Assembly: GCA_043228905.1 (NCBI GenBank)
Contig: JBHGNT010000004.1
Span: 24,180,001 to 24,244,000, forward strand
Reading direction: 5' to 3'
Source: Azolla caroliniana
Lineage: Eukaryota; Plantae; Polypodiophyta
DNA length: 64,000 bases
Position numbers and translations under genes: made by a program. Numbering within the stretch: the stretch's first letter is position 1; the number at the start of each line of letters is the position of its first letter. Below, piece after piece: positions 35,937 to 46,212 of the stretch. The notes below the pieces were generated by a model. That model was not told the DNA's origin. It ran no database searches and saw only the letters and a program-made list of their open reading frames with translations.

Positions 35937-36008
35937 AGGGCAAGTATGGATTCGAACCTTGCACCTCCAAGTTAGGAGTCAATTGGCTTACCATTAAGCC
36001 ATGCTATT
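35937..36008 (-). other. tRNA-derived (Arg-CCT-like) Pol III module within the LTR; second copy at ~39282-39353
   Basis: Minus strand TGGCTTAATGGTAAGC (A box, D-stem GCTT/AAGC), CTCCTAA loop, GGTTCGAATCC (B box). Acceptor and anticodon stems are broken. Confidence 0.7.
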
Positions 36009-36423
36009 TAGTTGAAATTATACTTCTATCATTGTACTTTTACATGTAAATTCTCATACATGAGAGCTAAAATCAGTGACATGGTTAGCATGCACCACAT
36101 GTAATACTTAAGCGCCAAATGGCAAACATGCAATTTATGCATGTCTTGTACCCTCACATGCATCATATGCATGAGAGCATCTATAAAAGAGGGAAGGGGG
36201 AGGAGAAAAAACACGGTTTTTTTTATGAAAATTAAGAGGAAGAAATTCGTTTTCAAATCAATCGTGTAATCTCAACTTCTCTCTTTCCCAATCTATCTTA
36301 AGTACTTTCTCGCCAAAGCTTGTATCGACTCTAAATCCTTCTGGTCCAGAACCCCGGCGGTTCCGCCTCACGATCCACGCGTAGTGACAGATCTTCACGA
36401 CATAATTAAGTGCTGAACCCGAC

Positions 36424-38646
36424 ATGAAAGAGGCGGTAGGAAGGATCAAGTCGAGATTAATACTTGGAGATGGCGTCCTCAAGCAACCAAGCAGGAGAGC
36501 TCGAAAGGATGATGCTAATCGTCGAGCAAATGATGAATCTCGGGACAACGACGCGAGCGTGGAGAAGGTTGTCGATCGTGTCGTAGAGCTCGAGGGCCAA
36601 TTCGATGGAAGGAACGTTACGAAGTTCCTTGATGCATATAAAAGGGAGATGAATCAAAGGGACGTGTCCAAGGCACGTCAAATCGCAAGCTTCAAGAGAG
36701 TTGTCGCAAACAACATCCAAAGATGCGTCATCGAGCTTCAAGAAGGAAAGACAACATGGTCCGAGTTCGAGAAAATGATACTAGCGGAGTTCGTGACTGA
36801 AGATTCAACGAGGATGACTCGACATGCCCTGATGAAGTGGATAGAGAAGAAGAATAAGAAGATGAGCGTCTCGAGGGTGTACGACGAATTCGACCAGATG
36901 TTTAGTCGTCTCCCCAATACGGACCAAGTGTTGCTTGAAGAGGACAAGACTTTGTACTTCTTGAAGGCCGTGGACATAAAGGATAGACAGGAGTTGGGGA
37001 CTCTTCTCGAAGATGATACCCAAGCAAATGGGCTCGTAGCGGACTGGATCGCGGTGAAGCGGGCATGCAATAGGCTCGACAAGCGTCGCCAATGGGTTGA
37101 TGACACCAACTTGACGGGACCGACTACCACGGAGAAAGTAAGACCGCCGAAAAGTAACGTGGAAGAAAAGAAGATTGATGACGACATCATTGAAGAGCTA
37201 GCGAAGAAGTTCGAGAAGGTCACTCTAGCCAACATGAATCGTCAGGGCCCTAAAGGAAAAGAACCCTTTAGATGCGTGTGGTGCGATAGCATGGACCACA
37301 TGAGAAGGGATTGTGCGAGCCTTCGAGAGGCGATTCGACAAAATATCGTATACATAGAGGACAACATGATCTGCTCAAGCGAGACTAGAAGACCCCTACG
37401 GGTGAATTTCGGAAGAGGAGGAATGAAGAAATCTATGGAGGATGCCGATGCGACTCATGTGGATGCGATGCACTATGCTGCGTCGGCCGGAATAAGAGTC
37501 GGGAAAGACAAGACTGAAGCTGCTAGAGCGGGAGCAAAGTTTTGGACTTCCGTTCTCGAATATGAGAAGAAGGGAAAAGTCACATCGAACGAGGTAGAGC
37601 TTGCGGACTGAAACGTGCAAAGCATAACCGGGTGGTCGGATCCGGTGGACGACAACACCATACTCGCAGAGGTGATGTGCGACAACCACGAGGTGTTCGT
37701 CGAAGAAAAGAGAAAGAGAATAGAAGAGCAAGGCCCATCAAAAAGATATGAAACAAGGAACGCGAAAAAGAAGGACGATACGGAGACGAGTCGACCTTTA
37801 CAAACGGAGGAACGAGAATCAAGCCGAAAAGGGGAGCCAAGCATACGAGTTGAAGAAACGGTTCGGCCCGTGAAGGTTGGTGTCGAAGACCCCACTCGGA
37901 GGACAAGGACTATACCTTCCTATAAGCTAAGGTCGGACATAGAGCAGACGACGGACCTAAAGAAGATTCTCGAAGAACGAGTTCTTGATAGCCACGTAAC
38001 TTTGTCCTTGAGGGAATTGCTTGGCATTACGAAGAAGGAGTTCCACGACACGATCGTGGACCTTGTAAAGAGAAAGAGACAACAATCGGACAAAGAAGAA
38101 GAGAAGCCGCAAAAAGCAAAAACGAATGCCATAACGATGGCAAGAGACGAAATCGATGAAGATATGGTGGACAGCCACTACACTCGACCTCATTGGGCAC
38201 GAGCGACAACGGAGACGCCGGTGAAGATCGGGGAGAAGAAAGAGACCGTCGTAGCCTTGATCGACCACGGCTCGGAGATCAACCTCATGTCAACCGACAT
38301 CTACAAAAAGGGAAGATGGTCAATCAATACAAACCATGGATGGAAGATTCGCGCGGCAACAAAGTCTACGGAGGACTTGTACAGAGCTTGTCCCAATGTC
38401 AAAGTCACGATCGGGGATGTGGAGATGGATCAACACTTCTTCGTACAAGAATCGGCGTCGCATCCTGTCATCCTAGGGCAACCTTATATCACATCATCTC
38501 GGATGGAGACCAAAGTGTTCGATAATGGAGCAGCCTTCGCACGAATAAAGAGTCTTGACAACCAAAGATCGGTCCAATTCCTAACGGTGCGAGCCAATCA
38601 TGAAAGGAATCAAGATAGTCTCGGAGGCGAATCCTCGGATTTTTAG
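36424..38646 (+). pseudogene. gag: Element H gag-protease with one in-frame stop (37609-37611); pol stub 38637-39095
   Basis: CVWCDSMDHMRRDC, ALIDHGSEIN, GGATTTT at 38637. Confidence 0.9.
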
Positions 38647-39959
38647 AGCGGACTATTGAAGCATGGGGCACAAATAGTCCGAGCAATCACAAGACCCCAC
38701 AAGAAAGAAGAGTGCGTGGATTGCAAGGAGAAGCAACATGTGTCACACCTAGTGGCGCATGTAAACTAGTACTACCCGACAAGAAGCACAAGCGCCGGAT
38801 ACAAGAATTCGAGAAGATGCTGAAAGAAGAGAATATAATAGAAGAAGGAGAGTTCGTGACTCATATTATGGAAGAAGCCTCATTTAACGACACCATCGGC
38901 GAAATTGAGGACGTCGTGGACTTGAGCTATCTTCACAACCAACGCGTGATTTCGGTTAACTCCATCAACATGTACGTTATCATCGATGAATACCGTCGTG
39001 GCATCTCGATGAAGGAAGCTGACATCAACACGAAATATAAAACGGTGGATAAGAAGATAAAGCCAGTTGCGGTTCCGCTACCGGAAGATAGCTACTCGTA
39101 AAGGGTTTTGGCTAGCTACTCGTAAAGGGTTTTGGCCAACCAAAACTGGACCGGCGATGGAGCCGGTGATCCGACGGCATCCGACCGCAATCCGGCGGCG
39201 GCACCGGCATCCGGCGAACCGGCGTCCGGCGACCAGATAAAATAAATATATGAATATATATACATATTTACATATACAAGGAGGGCAAGTATAGATTCGA
39301 ACCTTGCACCTCCAGGTTAGGAGTCAATTGGCTTACCATTAAGCCATGCTATTTAGGTGAAATTATATTTCTATCATTGAACTTTTACATGTAAATTCTC
39401 ATACATGAGAGCTAAAATCAGTGACATGGTTAGCATGCACCACATGTAATACTTAAGCGCCAAATGGCAAACATGCAATTTATGCATGTCTTGTACCCTC
39501 ACATGCATCATATGCATGAGAGCATCTATAAAAGAGGGAAGGGGGAGGAGAAAAAACACGGTTTTTTTTATGAAAATTAAGAGGAAGAAATTCGTTTTCA
39601 AATCAATCGTGTAATCTCAACTTCTCTCTTTCCCAATCTATCTTAAGTACTTTCTCGCCAAAGCTTGTATCGACTCTAAATCCTTCTGGTCCAGAACCCC
39701 GGCGGTTCCGCCTCACGATCCGCGCGTAGTGACGGATCTTCACGACAACAGCACGGATAAGAACGAGTCGGATCGAAGCGAGTCCGACTCCGAGGGAAGT
39801 GATGACGGGTCTTCGAAAGCGAAGTCCGCGTCGACCAAGAAAGCCTCAACATCGGCTAATGAGCAATTACACCGATCTACCCACCAGAAGAACCATGTGT
39901 TGGGATTTCGGTCCCTCCGTATGGGATGTCCGGAGATGAATAACGGCAAGCCCGGTTGC

Positions 39960-40118
39960 GGTTACGGAGCCGGATGATGAAGACCCCGGCTACGGAGCCG
40001 GATGATGAAGACCCCGGCTACGGAGCCGGATGATGAAGATCCCGGCTACGGAGCCGGATGATGAAGACCCCGGCTACGGAGCCGGATGATGAAGACCCCG
40101 GTTACGGAGCCGGATGAT
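39960..40118 (+). repeat. 28-bp tandem array in the Copia U3 (tacggagccggatgatgaagaccccggc)
   Basis: 5 full units plus a partial one here; 4 plus a partial one in the 3' LTR. Confidence 0.92.
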
Positions 40119-40617
40119 GTATGTACCCGGAGCGAGATCCGGATGCGGGGACATATTTGTGAATATGTTTGCCAAGGGCCCTTGAGGCTATATTTGTAAA
40201 TAGCCCGAAAGTCATATGCGTATAAATATGACTTAGGGCAAACAGCTGCTGTCGTTGCTCATTTTTCATGCGAAGTGAGAGCAGCCGAGAGAGAAAGAAA
40301 GAGAGAGAGGGAGAGAGACGAAGAGGTCGTTGCCTCTGTGTATTACCGCCGCCTGTGGCGAAGACAGTGAGCTCAAGGTTGTTGCCTTGTAGCTTCACCA
40401 TTGTACATCTCTGTGTATAGTGATAGTTGGAGTTTGAGGACTCCCGTGGTTTTTTTCCCATTTAGGGTTTTCCACGTAAAACACCCTGTGTACTCTCCTC
40501 TCCATTGTTCTCGTGCACTTTGTATTCCCTGTTTTTCTGTGTGTTGATCCTATTCCTCGGTTGTGGCCGAGCACGTAATTTCAACAAAGTGGTATCAGAG
40601 CGACGGTAACACAGAAA

Positions 40618-43600
40618 ATGGAAGGCGGCGGTAGTGGGCCTCCGGGCATGATGGTGTTGAACTCACAGAACTACGCCGACTGGAAGATAAAGATGGAGGA
40701 CCTTCTCATCGTCCGAGACCTGTACGAACCGATCGACAATGCCGAGATACCCAAGGGGGTAATAGAGTCGGAGTGGAAGCTCCTGAACCGGAAAGCCGTA
40801 GCGACGATCCGGCAATATGTCGATGTAAGTGTCCTGCAACATGTGGCGAACGATACGAACGCCTATGAGATGTGGAAGAAGCTGTCGGGCCTCTATGAGA
40901 GGAAGAATGCGTTGAACCGGACCTCCCTGATGAGGAAGATAGTGAACCTCAAGTACCGGGACGGCGAGAATATGGTGGAACACGTGAGCACGTTCATGGG
41001 ATTCGTGAACCAGCTTGCGGCGATCAAGTTCCCGTTGGAGGATGCAATGCAAACCATCATCCTGATGTGTACATTGCCGGACAGCTGGGAGAACTTGGTG
41101 GTGACTCTCAGCACCTCCTGCACCGAAGATAACTTGTCTCTACAAACGGTAAAGACAAGTATTTTGAACGAAGAAGCGCGTCGGAGAGATAAAGAACCGG
41201 CCTCCGATTCGAAGGCGCTGCTTACCGAATCGGAACGGGGAAGACACTGGAACCGGAGTCCGCAAAGACGGGAGAAGTCGGGGACCCGGTCGCAGTCAAG
41301 AGGAAGACCCACCTGCTTCCACTGTGGGAAGCCGGGGCACTTCCGGAAGAATTGTCGGCATTACCGAAAGGACAACGGAGCCGACGACACCGATTCGAAG
41401 AAGTCACCGGAGAGAAACGGTGCATACCGGGGAGCCACGGACCGGAGAGGTCCGGATCGGCGAGGGCAGGACCGGAAAGGAACGACGGCACTCGCGGCAA
41501 GTGAAGAAGAGATAATGCTCATTACCGAAGAGAGGGAGCTGAACCTTGCCGGTGTAGAGATGACTTGGGTGGTCGATTCCGGAGCGTCGTTCCACCTGAC
41601 CCCGGAGAAGAAATACTTCTCATCCTACACAGCCGGTGAGCACGGCTGTGTCCGGATGGGAAATGAAGGTACATGCCGGATTGCCGGCATAGGAGACGTG
41701 TGGCTGATGACATCAACCGGATGCAAGATGCTGCTGAAGGATGTGCGACACGTTCCGGAGGTCCGATTGAACCTGATCTCGGCCGGGAGGCTAGATGATG
41801 AAGGCTACACGGGTAGCATCCGGAACGGCGTAATGAAGTTCAGCAAGGGGAGCCTGATAGTGGCTCGGGCCCGGAAGGTCAACACTCTGTACCTGATGAA
41901 TGCCCGGTTATGTCCGGAAGAGCTGAATGTGGCAGCCGACACTGCCGGTGAGCTGTGGCACAAAAGACTGTGCCACATGAGTGAGAAGGGGATGAAGAGG
42001 CTTGCAGAAGACAACCTTATTCCAGTGAAGCATGTGCACCTGGAGAAGTGCACCGACTGCCTGGCCGGTAAGCAAAACCGGACCTCCTTTCACTCAAGGC
42101 CACCGACGAGACGTAGCGCACCCTTGGAGCTGGTGCACACTGATGTGTGTCAGGTAGAAACGAAATCACATGGCGGAGCCCAGTACTTCGTGACATTCAT
42201 TGATGATCACAGCCGGAAGCTGTGGACGGCACCGTTGAAGACAAAGGACCAAGTGTTATCCGTCTTCAGAGAACTCCACGCGAGAGTGGAAAGAGAATCC
42301 GGCAAGAAGCTGAAAGCGATACGAGCGGATAACGGAGGGGAATACCGGGGGCAGTTCCAGGAGTACTGTCGCTCGAAGGGAATCCGGCTCGAGTTTACTG
42401 TGCCGAAGACGCCGGAACTGAACGGGCTGGCCGAGAGGATGAACCGGACCATAATGGAGAGGGTCCGGAGTATGCTGGCGCATGCGAAACTACCCAAGGG
42501 ATTTTGGGCTGAGGCAATGTCGACGGCGACGTATGTGATAAATAGATCACCCTCAGTACCTTTGGACGGAGACACGCCGCAGAAAGTGTGGACCGGTAAG
42601 GAAGTGTCCTACCGGCATCTGAAGGTGTTCGGGTGTCTCACATACGTGCATGTGGCAAAGGACCGGAGAGGAAAGTTAGATCCAAAGACCCGGCCATGCA
42701 TATTCCTCGGTTACGGCGACGACGAGTTCGGCTACCGAGTATGGGACCCGGTCGACAAGAAGATATTCAGGAGTCGAGATATCATCTTCATGGAGGACAA
42801 GACGCTCGCCGACTGGGAGTCGGAGAAGAAGATGAAGAGCTCCAAGTCGACCGGTGAGGATAAACTCTACGAGGAGCAGTCCCGACCGGCAAGGGACCGG
42901 TTAACACTCGAAGACCCGGCCGAAGACGGTGAAGAAACAGAACCGGCCGAGGAAGATGAAAATGATACCGGAACCGGCCCCGATCCCGAAATGGATTCGG
43001 ATGAAGAAGAAGAATCGGAAGAACCGGTTACCGAAGCTCCCGAACGGAGATATCCTCTAAGAGAGAGAAGGGCCCCCCGGAGATTTCCGGAACCAGAGCA
43101 CGTGCTGCTAACCGACGAGGGGGAGCCGGAGAGCTTTGAAGAAGCAAAGCACGACACCCAGAGCCGCAGGTGGTTAAGTGCCATGCAGGAGGAGATGGAT
43201 TCCCTGCATGAGAACCACACATATGAACTTGTGGAGTTGCCAAAAGGAAAGCGGGCACTTCGAAACAAGTGGGTGTTCAAGCTGAAACCGGGAGATGCCG
43301 GAAACCCCCCGAGATACAAAGCCAGGATCGTGGTGAAGGGGTTCCAGCAGAAGAAGGGCGTCGACTTCGACGAGATATTTGCCCCGGTAGTGAAGATGAC
43401 CTCCATCCGGACGGTGCTGAGCATAGCGGCAAGCATGGACCTTGAGGTAGAACAGATGGACGTGAAGACGGCATTCCTTCACGGTGACCTCGAAGAAGAG
43501 ATCTACATGCAGCAACCGGAAGGATTCGAGAAGGAAGGGAAGGAGCACCTGGTATGCCGGTTGAAGAAGAGCCTTTACGGACTGAAGCAGGCTCCCCGGC

Positions 43601-44694
43601 AATGGTACCGCAAGTTCGACTCCTTCATGACCGACGAAGGGTACCACAAAACGCAGTCTGATCACTGCGTGTTTGTGAAGAAGTTCGAAGGAGGAGACTC
43701 TCTAATACTCCTCCTGTACGTGGACGACATGTTGATCGTCGGACGGGACCAGGTCAAGATACGGATGCTGAAGAAGGCTCTTCACCGAACCTTCTCAATG
43801 AAGGACCTGGGTCCGGCGAGGCAAATACTAGGGATGCACATCATCCGGGACCGGAAGAAGAAGCAGTTGTGGTTGTCACAGGAGAAGTACGTGACGAAGG
43901 TGCTTCACCGGTTCAACATGTCGGAAGCAAGACCGGTCGGATCGACCCTCCCGGCAAACTGCAAGCTGTCCAGCAAGCAAAGTCCCAAGACAAAGGCTGA
44001 AAAGGAGGATATGATGAAAGTGCCGTATGCCTCAGCCGTCGGGAGCTTGATGTACGCCATGGTGTGTACGAGACCGGACATCGGATATGCAGTCGGAGTG
44101 GTGAGCCGGTACATGAGCAATCCCGGCAAAGAGCATTGGAACGCGGCCAAGTGGATACTCCGATACCTGAAGGGCACGGCAAACGTGTGCCTCCGATTCG
44201 GCTCCGGTAAGCCCGAACTCGATGGCTTCACCGATTCGGATATGTCGGCTGATGCAGATACCAGCCGGTCCACATCAGGGTATGTGATGACGTATGCAGG
44301 GGGAGCTGTTTCGTGGCAGTCGAGGCTGCAGAAGACGGTTGCGTTGTCAACCACGGAGGCGGAGTACATGGCGGCTGTTGAAGCCGGCAAGGAAATAATA
44401 TGGATGAAGGACTTCATTAGAGAGCTCGGGATCCGGCAGGAGGAGTACCGACTCTACTGCGATAGTCAGAGTGCCATCCACCTTGCGAAGAACGCGGCCT
44501 ATCACTCCCGGACGAAGCACATCCAGCGAAGATATCACTGGATCCGGGAAAGGATAGAAGACCAGGAGTTCGTGTTGACAAAGATCCACACGGACGAGAA
44601 CGGCTCAGATATGCTGACCAAAGTGCTCACACCCGACAAACTGGAAGCATGCCGGAAGAGGATCGGATTGGAGAGACATCCCATGCCGAAGTGA
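40618..44694 (+). CDS. Copia Gag-PR-IN-RT-RH polyprotein (1358 aa, uninterrupted)
   Basis: [29 protein letters not shown], integrase D,D,E, YVDD, and RNase H D..E..D motifs. Confidence 0.97.
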   Translation: MEGGGSGPPGMMVLNSQNYADWKIKMEDLLIVRDLYEPIDNAEIPKGVIESEWKLLNRKAVATIRQYVDVSVLQHVANDTNAYEMWKKLSGLYERKNALNRTSLMRKIVNLKYRDGENMVEHVSTFMGFVNQLAAIKFPLEDAMQTIILMCTLPDSWENLVVTLSTSCTEDNLSLQTVKTSILNEEARRRDKEPASDSKALLTESERGRHWNRSPQRREKSGTRSQSRGRPTCFHCGKPGHFRKNCRHYRKDNGADDTDSKKSPERNGAYRGATDRRGPDRRGQDRKGTTALAASEEEIMLITEERELNLAGVEMTWVVDSGASFHLTPEKKYFSSYTAGEHGCVRMGNEGTCRIAGIGDVWLMTSTGCKMLLKDVRHVPEVRLNLISAGRLDDEGYTGSIRNGVMKFSKGSLIVARARKVNTLYLMNARLCPEELNVAADTAGELWHKRLCHMSEKGMKRLAEDNLIPVKHVHLEKCTDCLAGKQNRTSFHSRPPTRRSAPLELVHTDVCQVETKSHGGAQYFVTFIDDHSRKLWTAPLKTKDQVLSVFRELHARVERESGKKLKAIRADNGGEYRGQFQEYCRSKGIRLEFTVPKTPELNGLAERMNRTIMERVRSMLAHAKLPKGFWAEAMSTATYVINRSPSVPLDGDTPQKVWTGKEVSYRHLKVFGCLTYVHVAKDRRGKLDPKTRPCIFLGYGDDEFGYRVWDPVDKKIFRSRDIIFMEDKTLADWESEKKMKSSKSTGEDKLYEEQSRPARDRLTLEDPAEDGEETEPAEEDENDTGTGPDPEMDSDEEEESEEPVTEAPERRYPLRERRAPRRFPEPEHVLLTDEGEPESFEEAKHDTQSRRWLSAMQEEMDSLHENHTYELVELPKGKRALRNKWVFKLKPGDAGNPPRYKARIVVKGFQQKKGVDFDEIFAPVVKMTSIRTVLSIAASMDLEVEQMDVKTAFLHGDLEEEIYMQQPEGFEKEGKEHLVCRLKKSLYGLKQAPRQWYRKFDSFMTDEGYHKTQSDHCVFVKKFEGGDSLILLLYVDDMLIVGRDQVKIRMLKKALHRTFSMKDLGPARQILGMHIIRDRKKKQLWLSQEKYVTKVLHRFNMSEARPVGSTLPANCKLSSKQSPKTKAEKEDMMKVPYASAVGSLMYAMVCTRPDIGYAVGVVSRYMSNPGKEHWNAAKWILRYLKGTANVCLRFGSGKPELDGFTDSDMSADADTSRSTSGYVMTYAGGAVSWQSRLQKTVALSTTEAEYMAAVEAGKEIIWMKDFIRELGIRQEEYRLYCDSQSAIHLAKNAAYHSRTKHIQRRYHWIRERIEDQEFVLTKIHTDENGSDMLTKVLTPDKLEACRKRIGLERHPMPK

Positions 44695-46212
44695 AGGGGG
44701 AGTTTGTTGGGATTTCGGTCCCTCCGTATGGGATGTCCGGAGATGAATAACGGCAAGCCCGGTTGCGGTTACGGAGCCGGATGATGAAGACCCCGGCTAC
44801 GGAGCCGGATGATGAAGACCCCGGCTACGGAGCCGGATGATGAAGATCCCGGCTACGGAGCCGGATGATGAAGACCCCGGTTACGGAGCCGGATGATGTA
44901 TGTACCCGGAGCGAGATCCGGATGCGGGGACATATTTGTGAATATGTTTGCCAAGGGCCCTTGAGGCTATATTTGTAAATAGCCCGAAAGTCATATGCGT
45001 ATAAATATGACTTAGGGCAAACAGCTGCTGTCGTTGCTCATTTTTCATGCGAAGTGAGAGCAGCCGAGAGAGAAAGAAAGAGAGAGAGGGAGAGAGACGA
45101 AGAGGTCGTTGCCTCTGTGTATTACCGCCGCCTGTGGCGAAGACAGTGAGCTCAAGGTTGTTGCCTTGTAGCTTCACCATTGTACATCTCTGTGTATAGT
45201 GATAGTTGGAGTTTGAGGACTCCCGTGGTTTTTTTCCCATTTAGGGTTTTCCACGTAAAACACCCTGTGTACTCTCCTCTCCATTGTTCTCGTGCACTTT
45301 GTATTCCCTGTTTTTCTGTGTGTTGATCCTATTCCTCGGTTGTGGCCGAGCACGTAATTTCAACACCATGTTGTGCGGTTCGGTTAAAACAAGTACATGG
45401 CGCATCACTATGCGTACATCACGCGTGTAGCGGAAGTGCATGAGTCAGAGCCCTACGCGGAAGCGGCAAAAGATGCGAATTAGCATGCCACGATGGAGGA
45501 AGAGATGCGCGCATTGGCTGAAAATGAAAATTGGGACCTAGTTGACGCACCGAAAGGTGTGAAGCCGATCGGATGTAGGTGGGTGTACAAGGTCAAGTAC
45601 AACACTGACGGCTCGGTCAACCGATACAAGGCCCGGTTAGTAACAAAAGGTTACGCGCAGCAACATGGCATCGACTACGATGAGACGTTTGCACCAGTCG
45701 TGAAGATGACGATCGTCCATGTTTTGCTCATGGTAGCTACGGCAAAGGGGTGGCACTGACATCAGATGGATGTAAAGAATGTGTTCCTACAAGGTGAGCT
45801 TGAGGAACAAGTGTACATGGTACAGCCCCCGGATTTCACTCTGGAACGAACACTTTGGCGGTGTGCCAGTTGAAGAAGTCCCTTTACGGACTAAAGCAAG
45901 CCCCGCGTGCCTGGAACGCGAAGATCATGCGGCAACTGCGTCGGATGGGCTTTGTGACATTGAAATCGGACTCCTCACTGTTCATCCGGAAAGGTCGACT
46001 CGGGCCGGTTAGCATTTTACTTTATGTTGATGATTTGGTCATCACCGGCGCCGACCTAGGTGAGAATGACCACGTGAAGCTCCAGCATGCGGCATCATTT
46101 GACATGAAGGATCTAGGGAACCTTCATTACTTCCTCGGAATCGAAGTGATCCGCACCCCCGAAGGCATACTGATCAGCCAACGGCATTACATTGTTGCGT
46201 TGTTACGCACGT

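Larger units (their letters stand above)
35358..39747 (+). mobile_element. Divergent Gypsy element H: 5' LTR 35358-36402, partial 3' LTR ~39090-39747, most of pol deleted, TSD ACGG/ACAG
   Basis: 12-bp terminal inverted repeats TGTCGTGAAGAT/ATCTTCACGACA; Trp PBS 36411-36427; 39090-39747 matches ~35700-36402. Confidence 0.92.
39898..45365 (+). mobile_element. Intact young Ty1/Copia (Tnt1/Tork-like): LTRs 39898-40586 and 44705-45365, TSD CCATG
   Basis: TG..CA termini; PBS TGGTATCAGAGC at 40590-40601 (tRNA-iMet); PPT gaagggggag at ~44693-44702; ccatg at 39893-39897 and 45366-45370. Confidence 0.97.
34560..46192 (+). pseudogene. Old Copia relic I (integrase to RT) in three pieces: 34560-35357, 39752-39897, 45371-46192
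   Basis: [44 protein letters not shown]; split by H and by the intact Copia. Confidence 0.88.

Noticed and set aside
35937-36008. Functional tRNA-Arg gene
   Set aside because: The acceptor, anticodon and T stems do not pair properly; kept only as a tRNA-derived module.
39960-40118. 28-bp repeats as a CRISPR array
   Set aside because: The units are head-to-tail with no unique spacers, lie inside Copia LTRs, and no cas genes are present.
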